Source of the DNA: Chloroflexota bacterium
GTDB lineage: Bacteria; Chloroflexota; Chloroflexia; QHBQ01
Direction of reading: 5' to 3'
Assembly: GCA_043754535.1 (NCBI GenBank)
Contig: JAYUUN010000084.1
Coordinates: forward strand, 1-64,000
DNA: 64,000 nucleotides
Below are positions 1 through 8,394 of this stretch, piece after piece (position 1 is the stretch's first letter; every line of letters starts with the position of its first letter). The position numbers and the translations under genes were made by a program. A model generated the notes under the pieces. That model saw only the letters and a list, made by a program, of their open reading frames with translations, did no database searches and had not been told where the DNA came from.

Positions 1-2
1 GC

Positions 3-86
3 GGCACTTGCTTCCGCCGCTTTGACTACATCATCCGTGGCGAGATGGCGAAGGTAGCCCGCCGGGCTATCGAGGACAGACCGTAA
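3..86 (+). CDS. 3' end of a CDS entering from the left edge; product unknown
   Basis: Open frame GTCFRRFDYIIRGEMAKVARRAIEDRP ending TAA at 84-86, followed by a GC hairpin at about 115-139. Confidence 0.5.
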   Translation, partial: GTCFRRFDYIIRGEMAKVARRAIEDRP

Positions 87-281
87 GTAGCTTGACAGAT
101 AACAGGTAGTGGTGGGGGCTGGTCTACATGACCAGCCCCGCTCTACCCTCTAGTACTGTGCTGGATCACATTGTGGTAAAATAGAACTACGTACCCCACA
201 GCCCAAGCCGAGGTCGCCTTATAGCGATGACTTCAAGCGCGCTTACGGCGGAGCGCAGCAGCCCGCCTACGTACAAAGCCC

Positions 282-310
282 TTGCAATCTGGGGCGAACT
301 GTGCTACAAT
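282..310 (+). promoter_or_regulatory. Sigma70-type promoter for the zinc-ribbon gene
   Basis: TTGCAA-17 bp-TACAAT with an extended -10 TG. Confidence 0.7.
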
Positions 311-449
311 GTTAGCCAATAGCAAGCGATTGCTTTTAGTCCATCACCCCGGCGTTGTAAGTTCAGCCGTAGCATCCCGCGACCTCCCGAACTAGCTCAC
401 CGCCGCGCTACCTTATCATGGCTACCCGTGCAATTCAAGGAGGTTCAAG

Positions 450-767
450 GTGGGTCATCAGGATATCGATCTGCAATGCCGCGAGTGCAGTGCCGCATTC
501 GTCTGGACAGCTGGCGAACAGGCTTTCTACTCCGAGAAGGGGCTGACTAACCAGCCGACGCGCTGCCCAGAGTGCCGCGCCAACAAGCGTCGCCTGCGGA
601 ATGAAGTCGTTACTGCCAGCGGCAGCATTCGCATCCAGTACCCCGTCGTCTGCGCTGGCTGTGGCAAAGAAGCCACCGTCCCCTTCGTCCCACGCAACGA
701 GCGGCCTGTCTATTGCAGCAACTGCTTCGACAAAGTGCGCGTAGCCGAGACCCAGGCCGTAGTCTAG
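450..767 (+). CDS. Zinc-ribbon / CxxC-x17-CxxC domain protein
   Basis: CREC...WTAGEQAFY...PTRCPEC, then CAGC...VPFVP...PVYCSNCF; strong AAGGAGG RBS. Confidence 0.9.
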   Translation: MGHQDIDLQCRECSAAFVWTAGEQAFYSEKGLTNQPTRCPECRANKRRLRNEVVTASGSIRIQYPVVCAGCGKEATVPFVPRNERPVYCSNCFDKVRVAETQAVV

Positions 768-801
768 AGCCAACTTGCACTTTGCGCCCAGCGTGCCAAA
801 C

Positions 802-835
802 AACCCGCCCCCCAACGAGGGCGGGTTCGTCTTTT
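802..835 (+). terminator. Intrinsic terminator
   Basis: aacccgccc/gggcgggtt stem followed by cgtctttt. Confidence 0.7.
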
Positions 836-945
836 GCCACCAAGTGTTTGAGGATTGTTATAATTCATTGTCCTCCTCCCCTACCGCCTGCTCGTTCAGC
901 CCCAAGCAGCCCCGCCAGCTACAACTTTTGCTGTAGATGGGTAGA

Positions 946-974
946 TTGCCGACCCTTGCACCCTGTGATAAGAT
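946..974 (+). promoter_or_regulatory. Sigma70-type promoter for the F420 cluster
   Basis: TTGCCG-17 bp-TAAGAT with an extended -10 TG. Confidence 0.5.
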
Positions 975-1035
975 GCACGCAGCGCAGGAGCAAGCAGCGC
1001 ACAATCAGCTCACACATAGTAAACAGGAGCATCAG

Positions 1036-1965
1036 ATGAAACTCGGTTTGCAAGTCCCCGTCTTCACCTACCCCGGTGGCCCAGCCATGCTGGGCGAGAC
1101 CTTCGGCCAGATCGCCAAGAATGCTGACCAGGCAGGCTTCTACTCCTTCTGGGTAATGGATCACTTCTTCCAGATTCACATGGTCGGCCCAAAAGAGATG
1201 GATATGTTGGAAGGCTACTCTGCCCTTGCCTACGCCGCCGCTCTGACCAAGAACATCAAGCTCGGCACGATGGTCACCGGTGTTACCTACCGCTACCCCG
1301 GCATCCTGCTCAAGACCGTAACCACGCTGGATGTCCTCAGCGGCGGGCGGGCTTACCTTGGTATTGGTGCAGCCTGGAACGAGGAAGAACACATGGGCCT
1401 GGGGGTGCCGTACCCACCGTTGAAGGAACGCTTCGAGCTACTAGAAGAAACCCTGCAACTCGCGCATCAGATGTGGAGCGGCGAAGCCAAGCCCTTCGAG
1501 AGCGCGCACCTGCACCTCGCGGAGACCCTCAACTCGCCCAACGCCCTCAGCAAGCCCCACCCACCCATCCTGATCGGCGGCACTGGCGAGCAGAAGACGC
1601 TGCGCTTTGTTGCCAAGTACGGTGATGCTTGCAACATCTTTGATGCGGGGGCGGACTTTATTACCCAGAAGTACAATGTGCTGCGTGAACGCTGCCAGGA
1701 AGAAGGGCGCGACTACAACGAGATCGAGAAGACTACCCTTGGTGTGGCGTTGATCACGGCTGACGGCAAGACCCCCGCTGGCTTCCCAGAGCGCGTCCAG
1801 GCACGCACGACCCAGCAGATGATCGAACACTTCCACCAGCTTGCTGAACTAGGCACCGACCACGCCCTGGTCAGCCTGGTCAACGTTCACGAGCCAGACG
1901 CTTTCGAGGTGTGGGCCAACGAGATCGTGCCAGCCGTCGCAAAGTTCACCCCCGCTAGTCGCTAG
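1036..1965 (+). CDS. LLM-class F420-dependent oxidoreductase
   Basis: WVMDHFFQ, LGTMVTGVTYRYPG, TLDVLSGGRAYLGIGAAW and PPILIGG motifs; start set at the ATG after an AGGAG RBS. Confidence 0.9.
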   Translation: MKLGLQVPVFTYPGGPAMLGETFGQIAKNADQAGFYSFWVMDHFFQIHMVGPKEMDMLEGYSALAYAAALTKNIKLGTMVTGVTYRYPGILLKTVTTLDVLSGGRAYLGIGAAWNEEEHMGLGVPYPPLKERFELLEETLQLAHQMWSGEAKPFESAHLHLAETLNSPNALSKPHPPILIGGTGEQKTLRFVAKYGDACNIFDAGADFITQKYNVLRERCQEEGRDYNEIEKTTLGVALITADGKTPAGFPERVQARTTQQMIEHFHQLAELGTDHALVSLVNVHEPDAFEVWANEIVPAVAKFTPASR

Positions 1966-1966
1966 G

Positions 1967-2374
1967 GTGGCTATGGAGCTTGGCGAGAACGCCCGTCGCT
2001 TTCTGCAACAACCCCGCTTTGCGGTCGTCGGCACCAACCCTGCCGACGGCCCGCCCCAACTAAGCGTGGTTTGGTACCGCATGGACGGTGACGACTTGCT
2101 GTTCGTTTTCAGTCGGGGGAGCGCGAAGGAGAAGAACCTGCGCCGCGCCCCCTATCTCTCCGCCTGCGTCGAGGATGGCTACCGCTACGTTACCCTCAGC
2201 GGCCTGGCAGTGATCGAGGAGGACGAGGGAACTACCCGCGCCCTGCTGCGCGATCTCGCCAGCCGCTACCTTACCCCTGCCGAGGGCGAAGTCTGGCTAG
2301 CCAGCGATGAGAACAGCGGCGGCAGCGTGACGGTGCGCCTCAAACCCGAACATATAGTAACCTACGGTATCTGA
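1967..2374 (+). CDS. PPOX-class (split beta-barrel) F420-dependent oxidoreductase
   Basis: ADGPPQLSVVWY, KEKNLRRAP and YRYVTLSG motifs. Confidence 0.85.
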   Translation: MAMELGENARRFLQQPRFAVVGTNPADGPPQLSVVWYRMDGDDLLFVFSRGSAKEKNLRRAPYLSACVEDGYRYVTLSGLAVIEEDEGTTRALLRDLASRYLTPAEGEVWLASDENSGGSVTVRLKPEHIVTYGI

Positions 2375-2438
2375 CAACCCCCCATCTACGCCTGAAGATC
2401 GAGGGTGCAATACTGGCTACGGCAACTAAGGAGAGAGC

Positions 2439-2840
2439 ATGACAACTGAACTGACCGCCGCGATGCGCGAGTTCCTCGGTGAAGCACGGATCGGGGTGTT
2501 GGCGGGCATTAAGGAAGATGGTTCGCCGCAGCTAACCCCGATCTGGTTTCTGCTAGAAGGTGACGAAATCCTGATCAACACGGCGCGGGAGCGGGTAAAG
2601 GGCAGGATTTTTGAGCGCGAGCCACGAGCATCCTTCTGCGTGTTTGAGGATTTTCGCTACCTGACGCTCAGCGGCAGGGTGACGATCAGCGAGGACAGCG
2701 ACATGGCCGATATCAAGCGCATCGGTCTGCGCTACAAGCCAATGGAGTTCCTCGAAAAACGCATCCGTGACCAGTGGGGCAGGCAGCAGCGCATTACCCT
2801 GCACCTGAAGATCGAACACGTAGTCAGCAGCGGCTTCTAG
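2439..2840 (+). CDS. PPOX-class F420-dependent oxidoreductase, second paralogue
   Basis: EDGSPQLTPIWF, INTARERVK and FRYLTLSG motifs. Confidence 0.85.
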   Translation: MTTELTAAMREFLGEARIGVLAGIKEDGSPQLTPIWFLLEGDEILINTARERVKGRIFEREPRASFCVFEDFRYLTLSGRVTISEDSDMADIKRIGLRYKPMEFLEKRIRDQWGRQQRITLHLKIEHVVSSGF

Positions 2841-2890
2841 CCCAGAGTACGGTATAATAAGCACATAACAAACTAAATGGAGGGCAGTTC

Positions 2891-3865
2891 ATGCCCGCAG
2901 CAAAGAGAAGGCCCAAAATCGTCGCGCTCGCTGGCGGCGTGGGCGGCGCGAAGCTGGCCTATGGCCTGGCCGCCGTGATCCCCAGCGAAGACCTGACCGT
3001 GATCGTCAACACCGCTGATGACTTTACCATGTTCGGTCTGCGTATCTGCCCCGACCTGGACACTGTGATGTATACCCTGGCAGGGAGGGCCAACGCCAGC
3101 ACCGGCTGGGGCGTGGCAGGCGACAAGTTCTACGCCATGGCAATGCTGGCCGACTATGGCGCGACCGACGGCTGGTTCAACATCGGTGACTACGACTTCG
3201 CCACCCACATCGTCCGCACCCAGCAGCTACGTGAGGCCGGTCTCAGCCTCACCGACGTGACGGCAGAACTAGCCGCCTCCATCGGAGTGCAGAGCCGCAT
3301 CCTGCCCATGTGCAACGAGCCAGTCCGCACCGTAATCCACACGCCCAACGGCAAGCTCAACTTCCAGGTCTACTTCGTGCAACGCCAGCAGCAAGATACG
3401 GTGGAGGGAGTGGAGTTCTTCGGCATCGAGAAGGCGCGCCCGACCGAGGAGGCACGGCAGGCGATCCTGGCCGCCGACGTGATCATCTTCTGCCCCTCAA
3501 ACCCTATCGTCAGCATCGGCCCGATCCTGGCGGTGCCGGGGATGCGCGAACTGCTGCTTGAGTCGTCCGCGCCGAAGGTGGCAGTCAGCCCCCTGGTGGG
3601 CGGCAAAGCCTTGAAGGGGCCAGCCGACAAGATGATGGCAAGCCTGGGCCACGAGGTTTCCGCCTATGGCGTGGCTCGCCTCTACGCTGGCACGGTCAAC
3701 GCGATGGTGATTGACCATGCCGACGCAGAGCAGGACGACAGCATCCACGCGCTTGGTATGCAAGTGTTGGCGACCGACGCTGTGATGCACGACGAAGCCG
3801 ACCGCACCCGCTTTGCCCACGAGGTGCTAGACTTCGCCCTACAGGTGCGCCACAACGAGATGTGA
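2891..3865 (+). CDS. cofD: 2-phospho-L-lactate/PEP transferase (CofD/FbiA)
   Basis: LAGGVGGAKL, VNTADD, ICPDLDTVMYTL, PSNPIVSIGPIL and KGPADKMM motifs. Confidence 0.95.
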   Translation: MPAAKRRPKIVALAGGVGGAKLAYGLAAVIPSEDLTVIVNTADDFTMFGLRICPDLDTVMYTLAGRANASTGWGVAGDKFYAMAMLADYGATDGWFNIGDYDFATHIVRTQQLREAGLSLTDVTAELAASIGVQSRILPMCNEPVRTVIHTPNGKLNFQVYFVQRQQQDTVEGVEFFGIEKARPTEEARQAILAADVIIFCPSNPIVSIGPILAVPGMRELLLESSAPKVAVSPLVGGKALKGPADKMMASLGHEVSAYGVARLYAGTVNAMVIDHADAEQDDSIHALGMQVLATDAVMHDEADRTRFAHEVLDFALQVRHNEM

Positions 3866-3985
3866 AGGGGAGACAAGGATCGTTCGATACCACACAGATA
3901 GAGCATACTGCTACCAGGTTTGGCATAGACGTACAGCATACTAACCACGCACAAAAAGAATAGTAGGATACAGTAGGGTACCCAC

Positions 3986-4591
3986 ATGAAAGTGCTTACC
4001 GTAATCCCAATCAAGCGGCTGGGCGAGGCTAAGAGCCGTCTCAGTGCCAGTCTCGACCCCAGCCAGCGCAGCGCACGAGCAACCAGCCTGCTGCGTAGCA
4101 CCGTCGCCGCCATCCACTCCTGTGCAAGCATTGATGGGCTGGCCCTGGTCAGCCCCGACCGCAGCGTGCTAGATGTGGCTGCCAGCTTGCGGGCTGCCCC
4201 GATCTGGCAAAGCGCGGGTGGGCTGAACGACGGGCTGGCCCTCGGTCGCGCCTGGGCCGCGCAGCAGGGGGCCGATGCGCTGCTGATCCTGCTACCCGAC
4301 CTGCCCATGTTGGTCAGCAGTGAGCTTGCCGCCATGGTTGCCCTCTCCACCCCCGGCAGCGTCGTGCTTGCTCCCGACCGCCGCGACGAGGGAACGAACG
4401 CCATGCTGCTCAATCCCCCCTCAGCGATAGCCTTCCAGTTTGAGGGAGGCAGCTACCTTCGCCACAGGCTCGCAGCGGAGGCTGCTGGCCTACACGTAGT
4501 CGTCCACCGCGCCCCCGGCCTCTCCTTCGACCTGGATACCCCCGACGACCTTGATGAGCTACGTTACCTGCGCCCAATCCTGGGGCTGTAG
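3986..4591 (+). CDS. cofC: 2-phospho-L-lactate/PEP guanylyltransferase (CofC/FbiD)
   Basis: IPIKRLGEAKSRL, PDLP, APDRRDEGTNA and DLDTPDDL motifs. Confidence 0.93.
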   Translation: MKVLTVIPIKRLGEAKSRLSASLDPSQRSARATSLLRSTVAAIHSCASIDGLALVSPDRSVLDVAASLRAAPIWQSAGGLNDGLALGRAWAAQQGADALLILLPDLPMLVSSELAAMVALSTPGSVVLAPDRRDEGTNAMLLNPPSAIAFQFEGGSYLRHRLAAEAAGLHVVVHRAPGLSFDLDTPDDLDELRYLRPILGL

Positions 4592-4604
4592 ATAGGAGTT
4601 GTAT

Positions 4605-5360
4605 ATGGCAAATACAATCAGCGTGATCGGCCTCGGTGCGGTGCCAGAGGTGCGGGTGGGCGACGACTACACCCAATTGGTGCTTGAGGCTGCCTCCGCC
4701 GATGACTTCAGCTTCCAGGCAGGCGACATCCTTGTTGTCACTCAGAAGATCGTCAGCAAGGCGGAAGGGATGTTGGTTGACCTGCGCGAGGTGCAGCCGG
4801 GCGAGTTTGCTAAACAGTTCGCCGCTACCTGGGACAAAGACCCACGTCAGGTGGAGGTGGTCTTGCGCGAGAGCGTTCGCATCGTCAAGATGGAGCGCGG
4901 CATCATCATCAGCGAGACGCGGCACGGCTTCATCTGCGCCAACGCCGGGGTAGACATGAGCAATGTGGCTGGCTACGACTACGCCTGCCTGCTGCCCAAG
5001 AACTCCGACGCTTCGGCGGAGTGCATCCGCCACGGCCTGCGCGAGCAACTGGGGCTGGAAATCCCGGTGATCATCTCCGACAGCTTTGGCCGCGCCTGGC
5101 GCAACGGGATCACCAACATCGCCATTGGCGTAGCCGGGATGCAACCGCTGCTCGATTATCGTGGCACGACTGATGCACATGGCTACCTGATGCACGCCAG
5201 CATCATCGCCGTTGCCGACGAGATCGCCTCTGCCGCCGAACTGGTAATGAACAAGATCGACGGCGTACCGCTTGCGGTGGTGCGTGGCTACAAGTACGCC
5301 CCTGGCGTGGGTAGCGGCCAAGAGATCGTAATGGAGGCTTCACGCGATATGTTTAGGTGA
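4605..5360 (+). CDS. cofE: Coenzyme F420-0:L-glutamate ligase, stand-alone CofE
   Basis: TQKIVSKAEG, CANAGVDMSN, ISDSFGRAWR and ADEIASAAELV motifs; ends DMFR with no nitroreductase domain. Confidence 0.95.
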   Translation: MANTISVIGLGAVPEVRVGDDYTQLVLEAASADDFSFQAGDILVVTQKIVSKAEGMLVDLREVQPGEFAKQFAATWDKDPRQVEVVLRESVRIVKMERGIIISETRHGFICANAGVDMSNVAGYDYACLLPKNSDASAECIRHGLREQLGLEIPVIISDSFGRAWRNGITNIAIGVAGMQPLLDYRGTTDAHGYLMHASIIAVADEIASAAELVMNKIDGVPLAVVRGYKYAPGVGSGQEIVMEASRDMFR

Positions 5361-5451
5361 ATCCCACTCTGCTCCTTCAATACAGGCAGGGAGGCTGGAC
5401 AATTCAACGATTGAACATAGAATAAGCGCAGTTACAGTAAAGGAGTTACAG

Positions 5452-6492
5452 ATGAGCGGCACTATCGGCTACGCGGCAATGTTCGAGCAGTTCCACCCTA
5501 ACGAACTGATCACCTACAGCAAGCTGGCCGAGCAGCAGGGCTTCCAAGCGATCATGGCTAGCGACCACTTCCACCCCTGGGTGCCAAGTCAGGGCCAATC
5601 GGCCTTCGTCTGGTCGTGGCTGGGGGCGGTTGGGGCGCAGACCAGCCTGCGCTTTGGCACTGGAGTAACAGCCCCTGGCTTCCGCTACCACCCGGCGATC
5701 CTGGCCCAGGCCGCCGCCACGTTGGAGGCGATGTACCCTGGTCGCTTCTACCTGGGCATTGGTGCGGGCGAGGCCTTGAACGAGCATATCGTAGGTCTAC
5801 GCTGGCCCGAAGCTCCTACCCGCACCCTCATCCTGGAGGAGGCTATCGAAGTTCTCCGCAAGCTGTTCAGCGGCAAGGTAGTCAAGCACAGCGGTGCCTA
5901 CTTCACGCTCGAAAGTGCCAAGCTCTACACCATGCCGAGCAGCCCACCGCCAATCTACATTGCATCCAGCGGGCCGATCAACAGCGAACGCACCGGACGC
6001 ATCGCCGATGGCTACATCACGGTCGGCGCAGCTGACGATAAGATCAAGATGCTGCTGGAACGCTTCTACAAGGGCGCACGTGAGGCGGGCAAGAACCCCA
6101 CGACTATGCCGCGCATCATCCAGCTACACGTCTCCTGGGCCGACAGCGTGGAGGTAGCGACGGAGAACGCGGTCAAAGAGTGGCCGAATGGTGGCATGAA
6201 CTTCCCGAAGGCTGACATCCGCAATCCAGAGGATTTTGAGGCCATGGCGAAGCTAGTGCGCCCAGAGAACTACAAGGGCCGCGTGCTGATTTCGCCCGAC
6301 CTGGAAGATCACCGCGCCCACATCCAACACTTCATTGACCTTGGCTTCAACGAGGTCTACGTCCACAATGTAGGCCGCAACCAGGAAGCCTTCATTGCCG
6401 CTTATGGCCGCGAGGTGCTACCTAATCTCAACTGGGCCAACGCCGATGCTGCTATCAGCGCACCCACCGTACCTGCTGCCACCGCAGCTTAG
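5452..6492 (+). CDS. F420-dependent LLM oxidoreductase of the G6PDH-like family
   Basis: FEQFHP, ASDHFHPW, FVWSWLGA, RYHPAILAQAAAT and GAGEALNEH motifs. Confidence 0.9.
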   Translation: MSGTIGYAAMFEQFHPNELITYSKLAEQQGFQAIMASDHFHPWVPSQGQSAFVWSWLGAVGAQTSLRFGTGVTAPGFRYHPAILAQAAATLEAMYPGRFYLGIGAGEALNEHIVGLRWPEAPTRTLILEEAIEVLRKLFSGKVVKHSGAYFTLESAKLYTMPSSPPPIYIASSGPINSERTGRIADGYITVGAADDKIKMLLERFYKGAREAGKNPTTMPRIIQLHVSWADSVEVATENAVKEWPNGGMNFPKADIRNPEDFEAMAKLVRPENYKGRVLISPDLEDHRAHIQHFIDLGFNEVYVHNVGRNQEAFIAAYGREVLPNLNWANADAAISAPTVPAATAA

Positions 6493-6501
6493 GAGAGAGC
6501 A

Positions 6502-6993
6502 ATGACTGACAACCACATGATCACGACGATCTACGACAACTGGAAGGGTTACCAAGAGAAGGTAGCCGCCGCCATTGCCCCGCTGACTGCCGAGCAACTG
6601 ACCCTGCGGGCGGCACCGCACCAGTGGTCGGTCGGTAGGCTCGTCGAACACATGGTCGGCGCACGGGTCTGGTGGATCATCGAGCGACTTGGCGAAGATG
6701 GGGCGGCGGTGCAATCGCTCAAGGACTGGGATAGAGAGGATGAGGTATTGCCGCTCACCGCTGCCGAGCTAGTAGCGGGCCTCGACCTGACCTGGCAGAT
6801 GATCGCCAATGCGCTAGCCCGCTGGTCTGCCACGGATATGGAGCAGGTGTTCACTTACACCCATTACAACGGAGAGCAGCAGCAATTTGACCGTGCCTGG
6901 GTGATCTACCACCTGCTCGAACACGACCTCCATCACGGTGGCGAAGTGTCACTGACGCTAGGCGCACATGGGCTTGAAGCACCGGATATTTAA
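6502..6993 (+). CDS. DinB/YfiT-family protein, copy 1
   Basis: SVGRLVEHM and HLLEHDLHHGGEV His-triad pattern. Confidence 0.85.
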   Translation: MTDNHMITTIYDNWKGYQEKVAAAIAPLTAEQLTLRAAPHQWSVGRLVEHMVGARVWWIIERLGEDGAAVQSLKDWDREDEVLPLTAAELVAGLDLTWQMIANALARWSATDMEQVFTYTHYNGEQQQFDRAWVIYHLLEHDLHHGGEVSLTLGAHGLEAPDI

Positions 6994-7006
6994 TAAGGAG
7001 AGAGCA

Positions 7007-7495
7007 ATGACTGACAACCACATGATCACGACGATCTACGACAACTGGAAGGGTTACCAAGAGAATGTAGCCGCTGCCATTGCCCCGCTGACCGCCGAGC
7101 AACTGGCCTTGCAGGCGGCACCGCACCTCCACTCAATTGGCGAGATCGTCCGTCACATAATCTGGGCGCGGATCGGCTGGTTCATCTTCACGCTTAACGA
7201 GGATAAAGCCTCAATTCAAGACCTCTCCCATTTTGTCGAAGAGCCGCTGCCGACTTTCACTGCTGCCCAACTGGTGCATGGTCTCGGCGCAACGTGGCGC
7301 ATGATCAGCGATGCGCTAGCCCGCTGGTCGGATGACGACCTTAAGCAGACCTTCCCCGACACCGATGAGGAGGGAACAGAGTTTCAGGTTAGCCGCGCCT
7401 GGGTGATCTACCACCTGCTCGAACACGACCTCCATCACGGCGGCGAGGTGTCGCTGACGCTGGGGATGCACGGCTTGCAGGCCCAGGATATGTAA
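7007..7495 (+). CDS. DinB/YfiT-family protein, copy 2
   Basis: SIGEIVRHI and HLLEHDLHHGGEV; start and RBS identical to copy 1. Confidence 0.85.
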   Translation: MTDNHMITTIYDNWKGYQENVAAAIAPLTAEQLALQAAPHLHSIGEIVRHIIWARIGWFIFTLNEDKASIQDLSHFVEEPLPTFTAAQLVHGLGATWRMISDALARWSDDDLKQTFPDTDEEGTEFQVSRAWVIYHLLEHDLHHGGEVSLTLGMHGLQAQDM

Positions 7496-7533
7496 TTGGC
7501 TACCTACGTATATCGTACATAGGAGAACATCAT

Positions 7534-8394
7534 ATGGCTACCCCGCGTCATCCCCTGCGCTTCGGCCTCTTTGCCGCGCAGCACCAACGCGACTGGCAGT
7601 GGATACTCAACGGCTTCAAGCTGGCGGAAGAACTGAACTTCGACAGCGCGTTCATCTTCGACCACTTCATCCCCCTCTACGGTAGCCAGGATGGGCCGTC
7701 GCTGGACGGCTGGACGCTGCTGGCGGGGCTGGCAGCGCACACCAGCAAGCTGCAACTTGGCATCCTCGTCACTGGCAACACCTACCGCAACCCCGCAGTG
7801 CTGCTCAAGCAGGCGACGACAGTTGACCACATCAGTGGAGGGCGCGTACTATTTGGCATTGGGGCTGGCTGGTTTGAGCGCGAACACGACGCTTACGGCA
7901 TCCCCTTTCCACCGCTGAAGGAGCGAGTAGAGCGTTTCGGCGAAGCTCTGGCGGTGATCGACAGCTTGCTGAATAATGAGCGAAGCAATTACGCTGGTAA
8001 GTACTACACCCTGAAAGACGCACCCTTCCAGCCGAAGCCAGTGCAGGCCAAGCTGCCGATCCTGATCGGCGCGGGCGGCCCGAAGATGCTGCGCTACGTC
8101 GCCAAGTACGCCGACATCTGGGACACGCTGGCTAGCACACCAGAGGACTTCAGCCAGAAGCGCAGGCTGGTGGAGCAGGCTGCTGCCGAGATTGGCCGCG
8201 ACCCGCTCCAAATCCGCTACGAACTGGCGGGTGGCGGCCACAACCTGGAGTCGGTAGACAGCTTCCGCCGCCACCTCGAAACATACATCCCGCTGGGAAT
8301 TAGCGATTTTGTCTTCGACCTGCCAGAGGAGAGCCATTGGGATACCGTGCGCCGAATCGCCACCGAGGTGATGCCAGAGTACCGTAATGGCTAA
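7534..8394 (+). CDS. LLM-class F420-dependent oxidoreductase
   Basis: FDHFIP, DGWTLLAGLA, VTGNTYRNPA and TVDHISGGR motifs. Confidence 0.9.
   Translation: MATPRHPLRFGLFAAQHQRDWQWILNGFKLAEELNFDSAFIFDHFIPLYGSQDGPSLDGWTLLAGLAAHTSKLQLGILVTGNTYRNPAVLLKQATTVDHISGGRVLFGIGAGWFEREHDAYGIPFPPLKERVERFGEALAVIDSLLNNERSNYAGKYYTLKDAPFQPKPVQAKLPILIGAGGPKMLRYVAKYADIWDTLASTPEDFSQKRRLVEQAAAEIGRDPLQIRYELAGGGHNLESVDSFRRHLETYIPLGISDFVFDLPEESHWDTVRRIATEVMPEYRNG

Noticed and set aside
317..449. c-di-AMP (ydaO) riboswitch in the zinc-ribbon leader
   Set aside because: Only a partial CCCGAA..AGCU resemblance; the other conserved elements are absent
3866..3985. AGCATACT duplicated in the cofD-cofC gap
   Set aside because: Only two 8-bp copies with no clear promoter geometry; compatible with chance
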